DNA from: an uncultured Lentisphaerota bacterium
GTDB taxonomy: Bacteria > Verrucomicrobiota > Kiritimatiellia > RFP12 > UBA1067
Reading direction: 5' to 3'
Assembly: GCA_900321255.1 (NCBI GenBank)
Contig: ONVK01000030.1
Span: 848-64,847 of the forward strand
Length of the DNA: 64,000 nucleotides
Translations under genes and position numbers: made by a program
The notes under the pieces: generated by a model
The model's database searches: none
What the model saw: the letters and a program-made list of their open reading frames with translations, nothing else
What the model was told of the DNA's origin: nothing
Shown: in pieces, positions 49,433 to 60,733 of the stretch
How positions within the stretch are numbered: the first letter of the stretch is position 1
How the letters are laid out: every line of letters begins with the position of its first letter

Positions 49433-51166
49433 TCAGTCCTCGGCTGGGACGGCGGGCGCAAGCGTCTCGAAGTCGGCGGTCGCGCCCACGTAGCCCGACA
49501 TGACCTGCTCGAGCCCCGCACGGACGCGCGGGAACTCCATGTTGAGCCAGAAATCGAGCGCGGGCTTCTTGTAGTCGTACTTTTCGGCCGCCTTCACGAA
49601 GAGCGCGGCGACGACGAGCGCGATGCCAGCGTCGACGAGCTTCCTCGCCGAGAGGTCGTGGTATGTCTTCGAGTCTTCGCGGCCCTTCACGTATTCGATC
49701 GCGTCGTCGAGCGCCTTCAAAAGCGCCGTCATGCGCGGATGCTCGCCGTGCCAGTCCTCCTTGCCGAGGATGTCGGCGACGACCTCCTTGACGAGACCGC
49801 CTGTGACGCCCGCGATCGCGGCGACGACCTGGAGCTGCGAGGTCCCCTCGTAGATCGTCGTGATGCGGCTGTCGCGCAGATACCGTTCGCACGGATAGTC
49901 CTTCATGAAGCCCGAGCCGCCGAGAACGGCGATCGCGCCCTGCGCGTTGCGCATCGAAAGCTCTGAGCCGTAGTACTTCGCCATCGGGGTGAGCATCTTG
50001 TTGAACGCCGCGTACTTCTTGAAACGCGCGCGGACGGCCTGTGCCTCGGGCGTTCCCTTAAGCGTCTCGAACTTCTTGCCGAGCCCCGCTTCGAGGTCGA
50101 CGTTCTTCGCCGCGTAGTAGGTGAGGAGGCGCGAGGCCTGGAGCTCGACCGACATCGTCGACATGAGCTCGCGGAGCGCCGGGAACGTGTCGATCGTGAC
50201 GCCGAACTGCTTTCTCGCCGCCGCGTAGTCGCGCGCAGCGCGGTAGGCGGCCTCGGCGATGCCGGTGCCCTGGGCGGCGATGCCCATTCTGGCGCCGTTC
50301 ATGAGCGCCATGACGTAAGTGATGAGGCCGCGCTTACGAAGACCGATCAGCTTCGCGGGCGCCTCTGTGAAGACCATCTCGCACGTGGGCGAACCGTGGA
50401 TGCCGAGCTTGTTCTCGAGGCGGCGCACCTTGACCCACGGGCCCTTCTCGACGAGAAGGCAGCTTAAGCCGCGTCCGTCGCTGAACTCGGGCTCGGTGCG
50501 CGCGAGGACGAGCAGCACCTCTCCGCAGCCGTTCGTGATGAAGCGCTTGACGCCGTTGACGCGCCAGACGCCGTCCTTGTCCTGGTAGGCGGAAGTCTTT
50601 ACGGACTGGAGGTCGGAGCCGGCGTCCGGCTCGGTGAGGACCATCGCGCCAGTCCACTCGCCTGTCACGAGGCGCGGAACGTACTCTTTCTTGATCTCCT
50701 CGTCGGCGAACCAGTTGATCGTCTCTGCGATGCCCTGGAGCCCGAAGAGGTTCATAAGCCCGGCGTCGCCGCGGCTAACGATGTCGTTGCACGCGGTGAG
50801 GACGGTGCAGGGCATGTTGAGGCCGCCGAGGTAGTAGGGAATCGTGACGCCCATTAGCCCCGTCTTCCCGAAGAGCTCGATCGCGAGCTTCATGCCGGGG
50901 GCGCGCGTCACGGACCCGTCCTCGTTCAGCGTGTTGCCGACGAGGTCGGTCTCCTCAGCGAGCGGGGCGATGCGGTTCGCCATGATGTCGCCGCAGAGGT
51001 CGATCGCGCGCTTGTAGTTGTCGATCGCGTCTGCCGCGTCCTTCGGCGCGAAGTCGTATTCCTTCGCGAACTTGAAGTCCTCTTCGAGCAGCGTCGCGAC
51101 CTCGCTCAAGTCGAGAAGGTCGATGACGTTCTCGATGTCCTTGTTGTCTCTGTAGAAATTGCCCAT
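49433..51166 (-). CDS. acyl-CoA dehydrogenase (long form, ~577 aa)
   Basis: LTEPDAGSDLQS, IYEGTSQLQ, and a C-terminal extension domain. It lies directly downstream of etfBA. Confidence 0.85.
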   Translation of the reverse strand: MGNFYRDNKDIENVIDLLDLSEVATLLEEDFKFAKEYDFAPKDAADAIDNYKRAIDLCGDIMANRIAPLAEETDLVGNTLNEDGSVTRAPGMKLAIELFGKTGLMGVTIPYYLGGLNMPCTVLTACNDIVSRGDAGLMNLFGLQGIAETINWFADEEIKKEYVPRLVTGEWTGAMVLTEPDAGSDLQSVKTSAYQDKDGVWRVNGVKRFITNGCGEVLLVLARTEPEFSDGRGLSCLLVEKGPWVKVRRLENKLGIHGSPTCEMVFTEAPAKLIGLRKRGLITYVMALMNGARMGIAAQGTGIAEAAYRAARDYAAARKQFGVTIDTFPALRELMSTMSVELQASRLLTYYAAKNVDLEAGLGKKFETLKGTPEAQAVRARFKKYAAFNKMLTPMAKYYGSELSMRNAQGAIAVLGGSGFMKDYPCERYLRDSRITTIYEGTSQLQVVAAIAGVTGGLVKEVVADILGKEDWHGEHPRMTALLKALDDAIEYVKGREDSKTYHDLSARKLVDAGIALVVAALFVKAAEKYDYKKPALDFWLNMEFPRVRAGLEQVMSGYVGATADFETLAPAVPAED

Positions 51167-51169
51167 CTC

Positions 51170-52195
51170 TCACTCTCCCTTGGCGCGAATCGCCTTGATA
51201 AGCTTTGGAATGACGACGTTCAGGTCGCCGACGATGCCGTAGTGCGCGACCTTGAAGATCGGCGCGTCCTTGTCGGTGTTGATCGCGATGATCTTCGCCG
51301 AGTCCTGCATGCCGGCGAGGTGCTGCACCGCACCCGAGACGCCGCAGCTGATCATAAGCGCAGGGCGAACCGTGACGCCCGTCTGCCCGATCTGCCGCTC
51401 GTGCTCGCAGTAGCCGAGGTCGACCGCCGCGCGGCTTCCGCCAACTGCACCGCCGAGAACCCCCGCGAGGTCGTGGAGGAGCCTGAAGTTCTCCTTCGAC
51501 CCGACGCCCGCGCCGCCGCACACGATGATGCGCGAGCCCTTGAGGTTGACGGACGAGACCTTGCGGACGATCTCGACTACCTCGACCGGGATCTCGACCC
51601 CGTCGAGATGCGCCGAGTGCTTCACGAGCTCGCCCTTGCGTCCCTCCTCGCGCGCAAGCGGCTTCATCACGCCCTCGCGCACAGTCGCCATCTGCGGCCA
51701 GTTGCGCGCGTTGACGATCGTCGCGATGATGTTGCCGCCGAAAGCGGGACGTATCTGGTGGAGGACGTTTGTGAACGTTTCCTTCGTCTTCTTGTCCTCG
51801 TAGTCGCCGATCTGCAGGTCGGTGCAGTCGGCCGTAAGCCCGCACCTGAGCGCCGAGGCGACGGACGGCGCGATGTCGCGGCCCATGTGCGTCGCGCCGA
51901 AGATCACGATCTGCGGATTGACCTCCTTTACGAGCTCGACCATCGCGTGGCGGTAGGCCTTGTTGCGATAGACCTTCAGCGCGGGATCGTCGATCATATG
52001 CACGACATCCGCGCCCGCCTCGAAGAGCGGCTTCGCAAGCGCCTCTACGCCAGAGCCCATCAGGACCGCTCCGACCTTGACTCCGAGCTTCGACGCGAGT
52101 TCGCGCGCCTTGCCGAGAAGTTCGAACGGAACGTCGGAGAGCTTGCCCTCCTCCTGCTCCGCAAATACCCAGACTTCGCCTTGTATGTTTTTCAT
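51170..52195 (-). CDS. etfA: electron transfer flavoprotein alpha subunit
   Basis: VCGGAGVGS..., PALMISCGVSGAVQHLAGM. Confidence 0.9.
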   Translation of the reverse strand: MKNIQGEVWVFAEQEEGKLSDVPFELLGKARELASKLGVKVGAVLMGSGVEALAKPLFEAGADVVHMIDDPALKVYRNKAYRHAMVELVKEVNPQIVIFGATHMGRDIAPSVASALRCGLTADCTDLQIGDYEDKKTKETFTNVLHQIRPAFGGNIIATIVNARNWPQMATVREGVMKPLAREEGRKGELVKHSAHLDGVEIPVEVVEIVRKVSSVNLKGSRIIVCGGAGVGSKENFRLLHDLAGVLGGAVGGSRAAVDLGYCEHERQIGQTGVTVRPALMISCGVSGAVQHLAGMQDSAKIIAINTDKDAPIFKVAHYGIVGDLNVVIPKLIKAIRAKGE

Positions 52196-52213
52196 AGTTT
52201 CAAATTTTTAGTT

Positions 52214-52262
52214 CCAACTACTAACGACTGACTCCTGGCCCCTGACTACTGACCACTATCCG
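52214..52262. repeat. tandem heptanucleotide array, about 7 units (CCAACTA CTAACGA CTGACTC CTGGCCC CTGACTA CTGACCA CTATCCG)
   Basis: Read directly. It fills the etfB-etfA spacer and overlaps the etfB stop codon. Confidence 0.8.
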
Positions 52263-53053
52263 ATCGTGTGGTCCTTGATGAGTTCGGCAACAAGGCCGCC
52301 GATTCCCTCGTCGGTCGCGGCAACCTCCTTGAACTCGCCGCCCGCGAGGACGACGGACTCGATCTTGTTGACGCTCGTCGGAGACCCGGCGAAGCCGCAG
52401 CGGTCGTCTTCGCAGCCAATCGCGGCGCAGTCGAGGATCGTCGGCGCTGCGTTCTTGTACTTCATGACGCGACGCATCTCATAAGGCCTCAATTCCCCGA
52501 ACTTCTCGGTAACGGTGAAGAGAGCGGGAAGCTTGGCGCGGCAGGTCTCGACGCCGGTGCCGATGTCGCGCGTCGCGATTGCGACGTTTCCGTCCAGATC
52601 AAGCTTCTCGAGATAGGTGACGACGGCGCAGTCGAGCTTCTCGCCGATCTGCGGACCCGTCTGGGCCGTATCGCCGTCGATGGCCTGGCGGCCGCAGAAG
52701 ACGAGGTCGGGGTTGAACTTCTTAACCGCCTGCGAGAGGATGTAGCTCGTCGCGAGCGTGTCGGAGCCCGCCGCCTTGCGGTCGGTGACGAGAACCGCCT
52801 CGTCGGCGCCGCAGGCGAGCGCCTCGCGCAGAACGGCCGTCGCCGCGGGGAGGCCCATCGCGATCGCGACGACCCTGCCGCCGTAGCGCTCCTTTACGGA
52901 CAGCGCCGCTTCAAGGGCGTTCTTGTCCTCGGGGTTGAAGATCGCGGGCAGCGCCGCGCGGTTGATGGTCCCGTCGGCCTTCATGGCCTGGCCGGTGACC
53001 TTCTTCGTATCCGGAACCTGCTTGACGCAGACTACACACGTGTATCCATTCAT
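52256..53053 (-). CDS. etfB: electron transfer flavoprotein beta subunit
   Basis: Start set at ATG 53053: MNGYTCVVCVKQVPDTKK. The Arg-rich upstream extension of the listed ORF was rejected. Confidence 0.88.
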   Translation of the reverse strand: MNGYTCVVCVKQVPDTKKVTGQAMKADGTINRAALPAIFNPEDKNALEAALSVKERYGGRVVAIAMGLPAATAVLREALACGADEAVLVTDRKAAGSDTLATSYILSQAVKKFNPDLVFCGRQAIDGDTAQTGPQIGEKLDCAVVTYLEKLDLDGNVAIATRDIGTGVETCRAKLPALFTVTEKFGELRPYEMRRVMKYKNAAPTILDCAAIGCEDDRCGFAGSPTSVNKIESVVLAGGEFKEVAATDEGIGGLVAELIKDHTIG

Positions 53054-53060
53054 GGGGGAT

Positions 53061-53069
53061 ATTATACCA
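53061..53069 (-). promoter_or_regulatory. extended -10 box TGGTATAAT, 7 nt from the etfB ATG (leaderless arrangement)
   Basis: The minus strand reads TTTTTTGGTATAAT-ATCCCCC-ATG. Confidence 0.5.
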
Positions 53070-53140
53070 AAAAATGCCGCGGCATATGCGCCGCGCCTGC
53101 ACCTAAGGCGCAGAAATACGGCTAATGCCGACAGCAAGAT

Positions 53141-54493
53141 TCAGCTCGCGATGGGGATGGGCGATTTCGAGCGGCGGCCGGAGAACGCCAGCGAGGCGAA
53201 GACCGCGAACGCCAAAAGCGGCTGGTAGTAGAGGCACTTCAGGAGCGCGAGCGAGTCGATCCTCATGTCGAGCCCCTTCGCGACGCCCATCGCGATCAGG
53301 ATCTGCGCGCCGTAGGGAATCAGCCCCTGCACGACGCACGACGCCGTATCGAGGATGGACGCGATTCGCACCGGCTCGGCCTTGAACTTGTCGGCGCACT
53401 CCTTCGCTATCGGCCCGGCGATCACGATCGCGACGGTGTTGTTCGCCGTGAAGCAGTTGACCGCGGCGACAAGGAAAAAGACCCCAAGCTCGCAGGTGCG
53501 CGGCCCGCGTATCACCTTCGCGATCCTGTCCGTGAGCCACAGGATTCCTCCGTTCGCCTGGACGGACCTGAAAAGCCCGCCGGCAAGGAGCGCGACGATG
53601 AGCGTCTCGCCCATGCCGAGCGTGCCCTTCCCGAGAAGGTCCATCGCGTCGAAGAACGCAAATTTCCCGAACGCCCCGCCGATCACGGCCGAAAAAACGG
53701 TGCCGGAGAAGAGAAGCGCCATCACGTTGAACCCGGCAAGCGCGAGCGCGAGCACGAAGACGTAGGGAAGGATGAGCACCACGTGCTGCCACGTGACGGC
53801 GGGAGTCTCGACCGCTCCGGCCGCCGAACCCGACATCGCGTAGAGGAACAGCGCGACGAGCGCGGCGGGAGACGCGATGAGGCCGTTCGCGAGGAACTTG
53901 TCCTTCATCCTCACTCCCTGCGTGCGCGTCGCGGCGATCGTCGTGTCGGATATCATCGAGAGGTTGTCGCCGAACATCGCGCCTCCGACGACCGCCCCCA
54001 TGAGAAGCGCGGGGCTGAGCTGCAGAGGCCCTGCAAAACCAAGCGCAATCGGCGTCACCGCGGCGATTGTGCCGCAGGATGTTCCGATGGCGAGCGATAT
54101 GAGGCACGAGACGAGGAACACTCCGGCGACCATGAGTTTCGCGGGGACCAGCGACTGCGCGATCGTGACTGCCGCGTCAACCGCCCCCGAACCCTTCGCT
54201 ATCGTCGCGAACGCGCCGGCGAGGATGAAGATGAGGCACATGATCATTATGTTCGGCTCGCCCATGCCGCGCGCGTAGACTTCGACCTTCTCGTCAAGCG
54301 TGCGGCGGCGGCCGATGATGAGCGACACCGCGGACGCGACGACGAACGCAACCGGCATCGACACCTTGTACCACGGCATCTCGAAGCCGAGGTGGTCGGC
54401 GTAGAGCGAGAGCCCCACGTAGAACGCCGCGAAAACGGCGAAAGGAACCAGCGCGAGGCCGCTCGGCCTCGGGGAATCTTTCTTCTCAGCCAT
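53141..54493 (-). CDS. nhaC: NhaC-family Na+/H+ antiporter
   Basis: Start set at ATG 54493 (MAEKKDS...). 450 aa and polytopic. AGAFATIAKGSGAVDA, ISLAIGTSCGTIAAVTPIALG, MISDTTIAATRTQG. Confidence 0.7.
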   Translation of the reverse strand: MAEKKDSPRPSGLALVPFAVFAAFYVGLSLYADHLGFEMPWYKVSMPVAFVVASAVSLIIGRRRTLDEKVEVYARGMGEPNIMIMCLIFILAGAFATIAKGSGAVDAAVTIAQSLVPAKLMVAGVFLVSCLISLAIGTSCGTIAAVTPIALGFAGPLQLSPALLMGAVVGGAMFGDNLSMISDTTIAATRTQGVRMKDKFLANGLIASPAALVALFLYAMSGSAAGAVETPAVTWQHVVLILPYVFVLALALAGFNVMALLFSGTVFSAVIGGAFGKFAFFDAMDLLGKGTLGMGETLIVALLAGGLFRSVQANGGILWLTDRIAKVIRGPRTCELGVFFLVAAVNCFTANNTVAIVIAGPIAKECADKFKAEPVRIASILDTASCVVQGLIPYGAQILIAMGVAKGLDMRIDSLALLKCLYYQPLLAFAVFASLAFSGRRSKSPIPIAS

Positions 54494-54495
54494 TG

Positions 54496-55419
54496 TCAGG
54501 GGAGCGTCGGGAAGGCCGCGCCGTCGACGGTACGCTCGGAGAACTCGTCGCGGTTGTCTGGCTCGGGGGCGAACAGCATGGCGTATTCGTCCACGAGATC
54601 CTTCGCGCAGTTCGTAGTGACGGTATCGGCGCCGACGGCAAAGGCGCGGAGCGCGTGCGAAAGATCGTCGACCGTCCACACATGGAACGAAAGCCCCGCC
54701 TTCTTGACGGCGGCGACGAACGCCTCGTCCACGACATCCGGATCGAACTGCATGTCGACGCCGTCCGCGGCGGCCGCACGCGCCCCGGCGACAACCTCGT
54801 CGACCGTGATCGGGCGGGAGGCCCCGCCGTCGTCCTTCTTCGCGCACACAAGCCAATACACAGTGTACTCAGGGAGGATGTCCTTCACGGCCTTGCATAC
54901 GCCCTGGTTGAAGCAGATGAACAGCACATTGCCGGGTGTCGCGTTGTTCTGCGACGAAAGTATCGCCTTGATGACAGGCACGATCTCCGGACCGGACTTG
55001 ATCTCGAGATAGATGCGCCTGCCGTTCTTCGCGAGCGCGAGGACATCTTCAAGAAGCGCAGGAGGCGTTCCCGCGAACTTGGAATCCTTCCACTTGCCCC
55101 AGCTGCCGACGTCGAGCTTCGAGAGCGTCTCTTCCCACGATGCCTCGGAGCACCTGCTTGAGTTCGCCCCTCCGGTCGTGCGCTTCAGATCCGGGTCGTG
55201 GAAAGTGAACACGCGCCCGTCCTTCGAAAGATACAGATCGCACTCGAAGCCGAAGCCGCGCTCAACCGCGAGTTTGTATGCAGGAAGAGTGTTCTCGGGC
55301 GCGTCCTTCGACTCGCCGCGATGGGCGATCAGTGTGTCATACGCCGGCTTTTTCACGGTGGCGCACCCGGCAAGGGCCGCGATGGCGATTGTCTGAAGAA
55401 CTAACGTCGCGATTTTCAT
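54496..55419 (-). CDS. glycerophosphodiester phosphodiesterase, lipoprotein
   Basis: Lipobox IAALAGC. HRGESKDAPENTLPAYKLAVERGFGFECDLYLSKDGRVFTFHD (GDPD motifs). Confidence 0.88.
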   Translation of the reverse strand: MKIATLVLQTIAIAALAGCATVKKPAYDTLIAHRGESKDAPENTLPAYKLAVERGFGFECDLYLSKDGRVFTFHDPDLKRTTGGANSSRCSEASWEETLSKLDVGSWGKWKDSKFAGTPPALLEDVLALAKNGRRIYLEIKSGPEIVPVIKAILSSQNNATPGNVLFICFNQGVCKAVKDILPEYTVYWLVCAKKDDGGASRPITVDEVVAGARAAAADGVDMQFDPDVVDEAFVAAVKKAGLSFHVWTVDDLSHALRAFAVGADTVTTNCAKDLVDEYAMLFAPEPDNRDEFSERTVDGAAFPTLP

Positions 55420-55464
55420 ATGGTTTTCCTCCTGAGATTTCCACGGACGCTGCCGTATGTCGTC

Positions 55465-55473
55465 ATTTTACCA
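55465..55473 (-). promoter_or_regulatory. extended -10-like box TGGTAAAAT upstream of the GDPD gene
   Basis: The minus strand reads TTTTGGTAAAAT, followed by a 45-nt leader with AGGAGG and then ATG 55419. Confidence 0.4.
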
Positions 55474-55500
55474 AAACCACACTCTCCAGGCAAGTGCCGC

Positions 55501-57390
<1,890 letters not shown>

Positions 57391-57413
<23 letters not shown>

Positions 57414-58272
57414 TGCCGTAAATCTCTTGCCTTCCGCCGTCCATTATCCACAGCGCGGAAACTGCCATGTCGCCGACGAGAATTTTCAACTTGTCGTCGA
57501 GGAACTTCTTTCCTTCTTCCGGGCCAAGCACGAATAATGTCGTGGAAAGGCCGTCTGCCCACATCGCGGAATTGCAAAGAACCGTCACTGACGCGACTCC
57601 GTTCGAGACGGCGAGCCCCGTCCGCCCGTCGTAGATGTGGCTGCCGCGGTAGTACGTCGCGCTCGTCGCAAGCGCCTCGCCCTCGCGAAGTTCGACGACC
57701 GCGGCAAATCCGCCGCCATTCGGATCCATCACGCCAGTGCGCCACGGCCTGTGGGATCCGCCTTCGCCACGAACCGCCTTGATGTTCCCTCCGATGTCGA
57801 TGAGCGCATCGGCATGGTCGGCATAGCAGTCCTTCGCCGCGACATCGACGGCAAAACCTTTGGCAATCGCACCAAGATCGAGTGTCTTTGGTCCTCGCCA
57901 GCGCGGATTGAACGCACCGCCAGACTCGTGCATAAGCTTGAACGCAGCCTCATAGCAAGGCCGCACATCGCGACTGTACAACATCGGAGACTTGCCGCAC
58001 TGGGAGAGGATCTCCTCCTCTTCGAGCGGCGCGAGCCGACTCAGTTCGGAATCAGGGTCATGCGCATTGAGCGCATGCTCGAGATCGAATGTGATTTGGC
58101 GCACAACACTCGTCGCCGCAGCATGAAAGAATATTGACGCGCTCCGCACTTGCACGGCCGCAATCGTCCCCATGACGGGCCATTCGACGCGCTCGATCTG
58201 CTGCCGCCCGCAACCGGCAAGACACATCGCGGCAACCACAAGCCACAATCCGCTATATCTCGACGATTTCAT
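57391..58272 (-). CDS. apbE: FAD:protein FMN transferase (ApbE family), lipoprotein
   Basis: Lipobox MCLAGCG. VMGT, LDLGAIAKGFAVD, SGTYYRG-type motif (SATYYRGSH). Confidence 0.85.
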
Positions 58273-59023
58273 CTTGGCAGAGAACCTTGAGGTCTATGTC
58301 CGTGCGCCCGATTTCGCAAAGCGTAGTGCGCATCGCGCCCTCGGCGACATGCGGCACGTTGCAGTCGCGCGAAAGATGCGCGAGCGCGAGTTTCCTCAGG
58401 CGCGGCGACGCGAAGCGCCTGACGAGATCGCACGCCTGGTCGTTCGACAGGTGACCGCGCGGGCCCGCGATGCGCTGGATCAAGTTTGGATGGCGGCCGC
58501 TCCTTCGAAGGAGAACAGCGTCGTGGTTAGACTCGAGCGTCGCTATGTCCGCCTCGGAGAGATTCTCCCCTATCGATTCGAGGGGCGTGCCTATGTCGGT
58601 CGCGTGGAAGTACCTGCATTCGCCGTCCGAGACGAGAAAGCCGACGGGGTCGCTCGTGTCGTGGGGAATCGCAAACGGCTTGATGTCGAAAGGCCCGGCC
58701 TCGAAGTCCTGACCGTTCTCGAATATCGAGAAGTCCATTTCGTCGACGCCTGTCGCCACGGATATGGAGTCCGCCGTCATCGCATTTGCGAAAAGCCCCG
58801 CCCCGGGAAAACAGTCGTGGAACTTCGCAACACCCTTTATGTGGTCGTCGTGGCTGTGGGTGAAGACCGCCGCAACGACAGACCCGAGGTCAACGCCTGC
58901 GGCGCGGCTGCGCTTCAAAAGCTCGCGGCAGCTGAGGCCGCAGTCTATGAGAAGGACCGAGCCACCCGACTCGACGCAATACGCGTTTCCTGCGCTGCCG
59001 CTCGCGAGGGAGACGACCCTCAT
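58253..59023 (-). CDS. MBL-fold metallo-hydrolase
   Basis: Start set at ATG 59023 (ATGA overlap): MRVVSLASGSAGNAY..., THSHDDHIKG (HxHxDH). Confidence 0.85.
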   Translation of the reverse strand: MRVVSLASGSAGNAYCVESGGSVLLIDCGLSCRELLKRSRAAGVDLGSVVAAVFTHSHDDHIKGVAKFHDCFPGAGLFANAMTADSISVATGVDEMDFSIFENGQDFEAGPFDIKPFAIPHDTSDPVGFLVSDGECRYFHATDIGTPLESIGENLSEADIATLESNHDAVLLRRSGRHPNLIQRIAGPRGHLSNDQACDLVRRFASPRLRKLALAHLSRDCNVPHVAEGAMRTTLCEIGRTDIDLKVLCQDEIVEI

Positions 59024-59310
59024 CCCTCGCCTCCGTCTGCCGCGCGCCTGTTCTTGATGGAGTAATAGCAGTAGAGCGCAAGGTCGGTGGAGACGAGGAG
59101 GATGTCTACTGCGTATATGCCTATGACCCACATCCCGACGCCGCTCACGACATGGCTCGCTATGCCGCAGAGATAGCCCGCTATGACGATGACCTCGAAA
59201 AGCGGGCTCTTCCCGTCGACACGCTTCGCCCTATAGGTCTTCGCTATCGCAAACGGCCACGACACCCCGAAGAGGGCGAGCATCATGAATTCGAGAAAGT
59301 GCGCAAGCAT
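59020..59310 (-). CDS. small 3-TM membrane protein, PQ-loop/SemiSWEET-like
   Basis: 96 aa. Three hydrophobic helices, and SWPFAIAKTYRAKRVDGKS resembles the PQ-loop motif region. Topology-level call. Confidence 0.45.
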   Translation of the reverse strand: MLAHFLEFMMLALFGVSWPFAIAKTYRAKRVDGKSPLFEVIVIAGYLCGIASHVVSGVGMWVIGIYAVDILLVSTDLALYCYYSIKNRRAADGGEG

Positions 59311-59318
59311 TGCAACAA

Positions 59319-60629
59319 TCAGCCGCGGTCAAAGGCGCGGTGCGCTATGTCCTTGCGGTAGAACATCTTGTCGAAGGCGATCTTCCCGACGCCGGCATAC
59401 GCCTTGTCGACCGCTTCGCGCAGCGTCGCGCCCATGCCCGTCACGCTCAGGACGCGACCGCCGGAGGAGAGGATCTTCCCGTCAGCCGTCTTCGTTCCGC
59501 AGTGGAACACGATTGCGCCGGCCGCAGCCGCCTCGCCGAGGCCTGAAATCTCCTTGCCCTTCTCGTACGAACCGGGATATCCGCCGGATGCGATGATCAC
59601 GGTAGCCGCCGCCTCGTCCTTCACCACCACATCCTCGTCTTTGAGGCAGCCCTTTGCCGCGTGCAGAAGCGCCGTTGCGAAACTGCCGCCGAGCCGCGGC
59701 AGAACCGCCTCGGTCTCGGGGTCGCCGAAGCGCGCGTTGAACTCGACGACGTTTACCGTAGAGCCGCTCTTCGCAAGAGGCCCGTGCGGATTGGAGTTCG
59801 CGTCGTTGACCATGAGACCCGCGTAGAGGACACCTCGGTAGGTGATGCCGCGTTTTTTAAGCTCGCGCACTACAGGGAGGATGATCTTCTCCTTGATTTC
59901 GGGGAGCTTGTCGGCAGTCACGACCGGAGCGGGGCTGTACGCGCCCATTCCGCCAGTGTTCGGGCCCTTGTCACCGTCGAACACGCGCTTATGGTCCTGC
60001 GACGACGGCAGGAGAACGGCGTTCTCGCCGTCGACAAGCGCGAGGATCGAACATTCCTCGCCGTGGAGAAACTCCTCGATCAGCACTTCCGCGCCGGCCG
60101 CGCCGAACTTGTTCCCGACAAGCATGTCGTCGATTGCGGCCTCCGCGTCCTCCGTCGTCTCCGCGACGATCACGCCCTTGCCTGCCGCGAGTCCGTCGGC
60201 CTTGATGACGACTGGGAGCCCGAACGACGGAAGCGCCGCCTTTGCGGCCGCAGCGTCGGTGAAGACCTCGGCCTTGCCGGTCGGGACGCCCGCCGCGTCC
60301 ATCACTTCCTTCGCAAAGCGCTTCGAGCCCTCCATGCGCGCGCCCGCCGCGACAGGCCCGAACGCCGTGACGCCTACGCCCTGGAGCGCATCCACAAGCC
60401 CCTTGACGAGCGGCGCCTCAGGACCCACGACGACGAGATCGGGGTGGTTTATGGTCGCCCACGCCGCAATGCCCTCGATGTCGTCGGCCGCAATCGCCAC
60501 GTTCGTCGCGACAGCCGCGGTTCCAGCGTTACCCGGGGCACAGTATAGTTCATGCCCCTCTTTGTCCTGTGCGAGTCGCCATGCAATCGCGTGCTCGCGT
60601 CCGCCGCTTCCTACTACAAGTATCTTCAT
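59319..60629 (-). CDS. purD: phosphoribosylamine--glycine ligase
   Basis: Start set at ATG 60629: MKILVVGSGGREHAIAWRL. ATP-grasp body, and ARFGDPETE. Confidence 0.92.
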   Translation of the reverse strand: MKILVVGSGGREHAIAWRLAQDKEGHELYCAPGNAGTAAVATNVAIAADDIEGIAAWATINHPDLVVVGPEAPLVKGLVDALQGVGVTAFGPVAAGARMEGSKRFAKEVMDAAGVPTGKAEVFTDAAAAKAALPSFGLPVVIKADGLAAGKGVIVAETTEDAEAAIDDMLVGNKFGAAGAEVLIEEFLHGEECSILALVDGENAVLLPSSQDHKRVFDGDKGPNTGGMGAYSPAPVVTADKLPEIKEKIILPVVRELKKRGITYRGVLYAGLMVNDANSNPHGPLAKSGSTVNVVEFNARFGDPETEAVLPRLGGSFATALLHAAKGCLKDEDVVVKDEAAATVIIASGGYPGSYEKGKEISGLGEAAAAGAIVFHCGTKTADGKILSSGGRVLSVTGMGATLREAVDKAYAGVGKIAFDKMFYRKDIAHRAFDRG

Positions 60630-60733
60630 CTTCACACCCTTGACTTGAAAAATCACCGTTTAACGGATTGGCGGATAGTATAGCAAACCTCAGTTTTCTG
60701 CGCAATGCGCATCAAGCTGGGGCAGGGGGTGCG

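Noticed and set aside
54494-54856. 121-codon N-terminal extension of the NhaC ORF as listed (53141..54856)
   Set aside because: The extension is Arg/Gly/Cys-rich and overlaps the 3' part of the GDPD gene in another frame. The transporter sequence proper begins at MAEKKDS (ATG 54493). Similar Arg-rich 5' extensions were trimmed for etfB, the MBL hydrolase, the M20 peptidase, both the PP2C and kinase genes, purD, the pilin and the sigma-54 activator.
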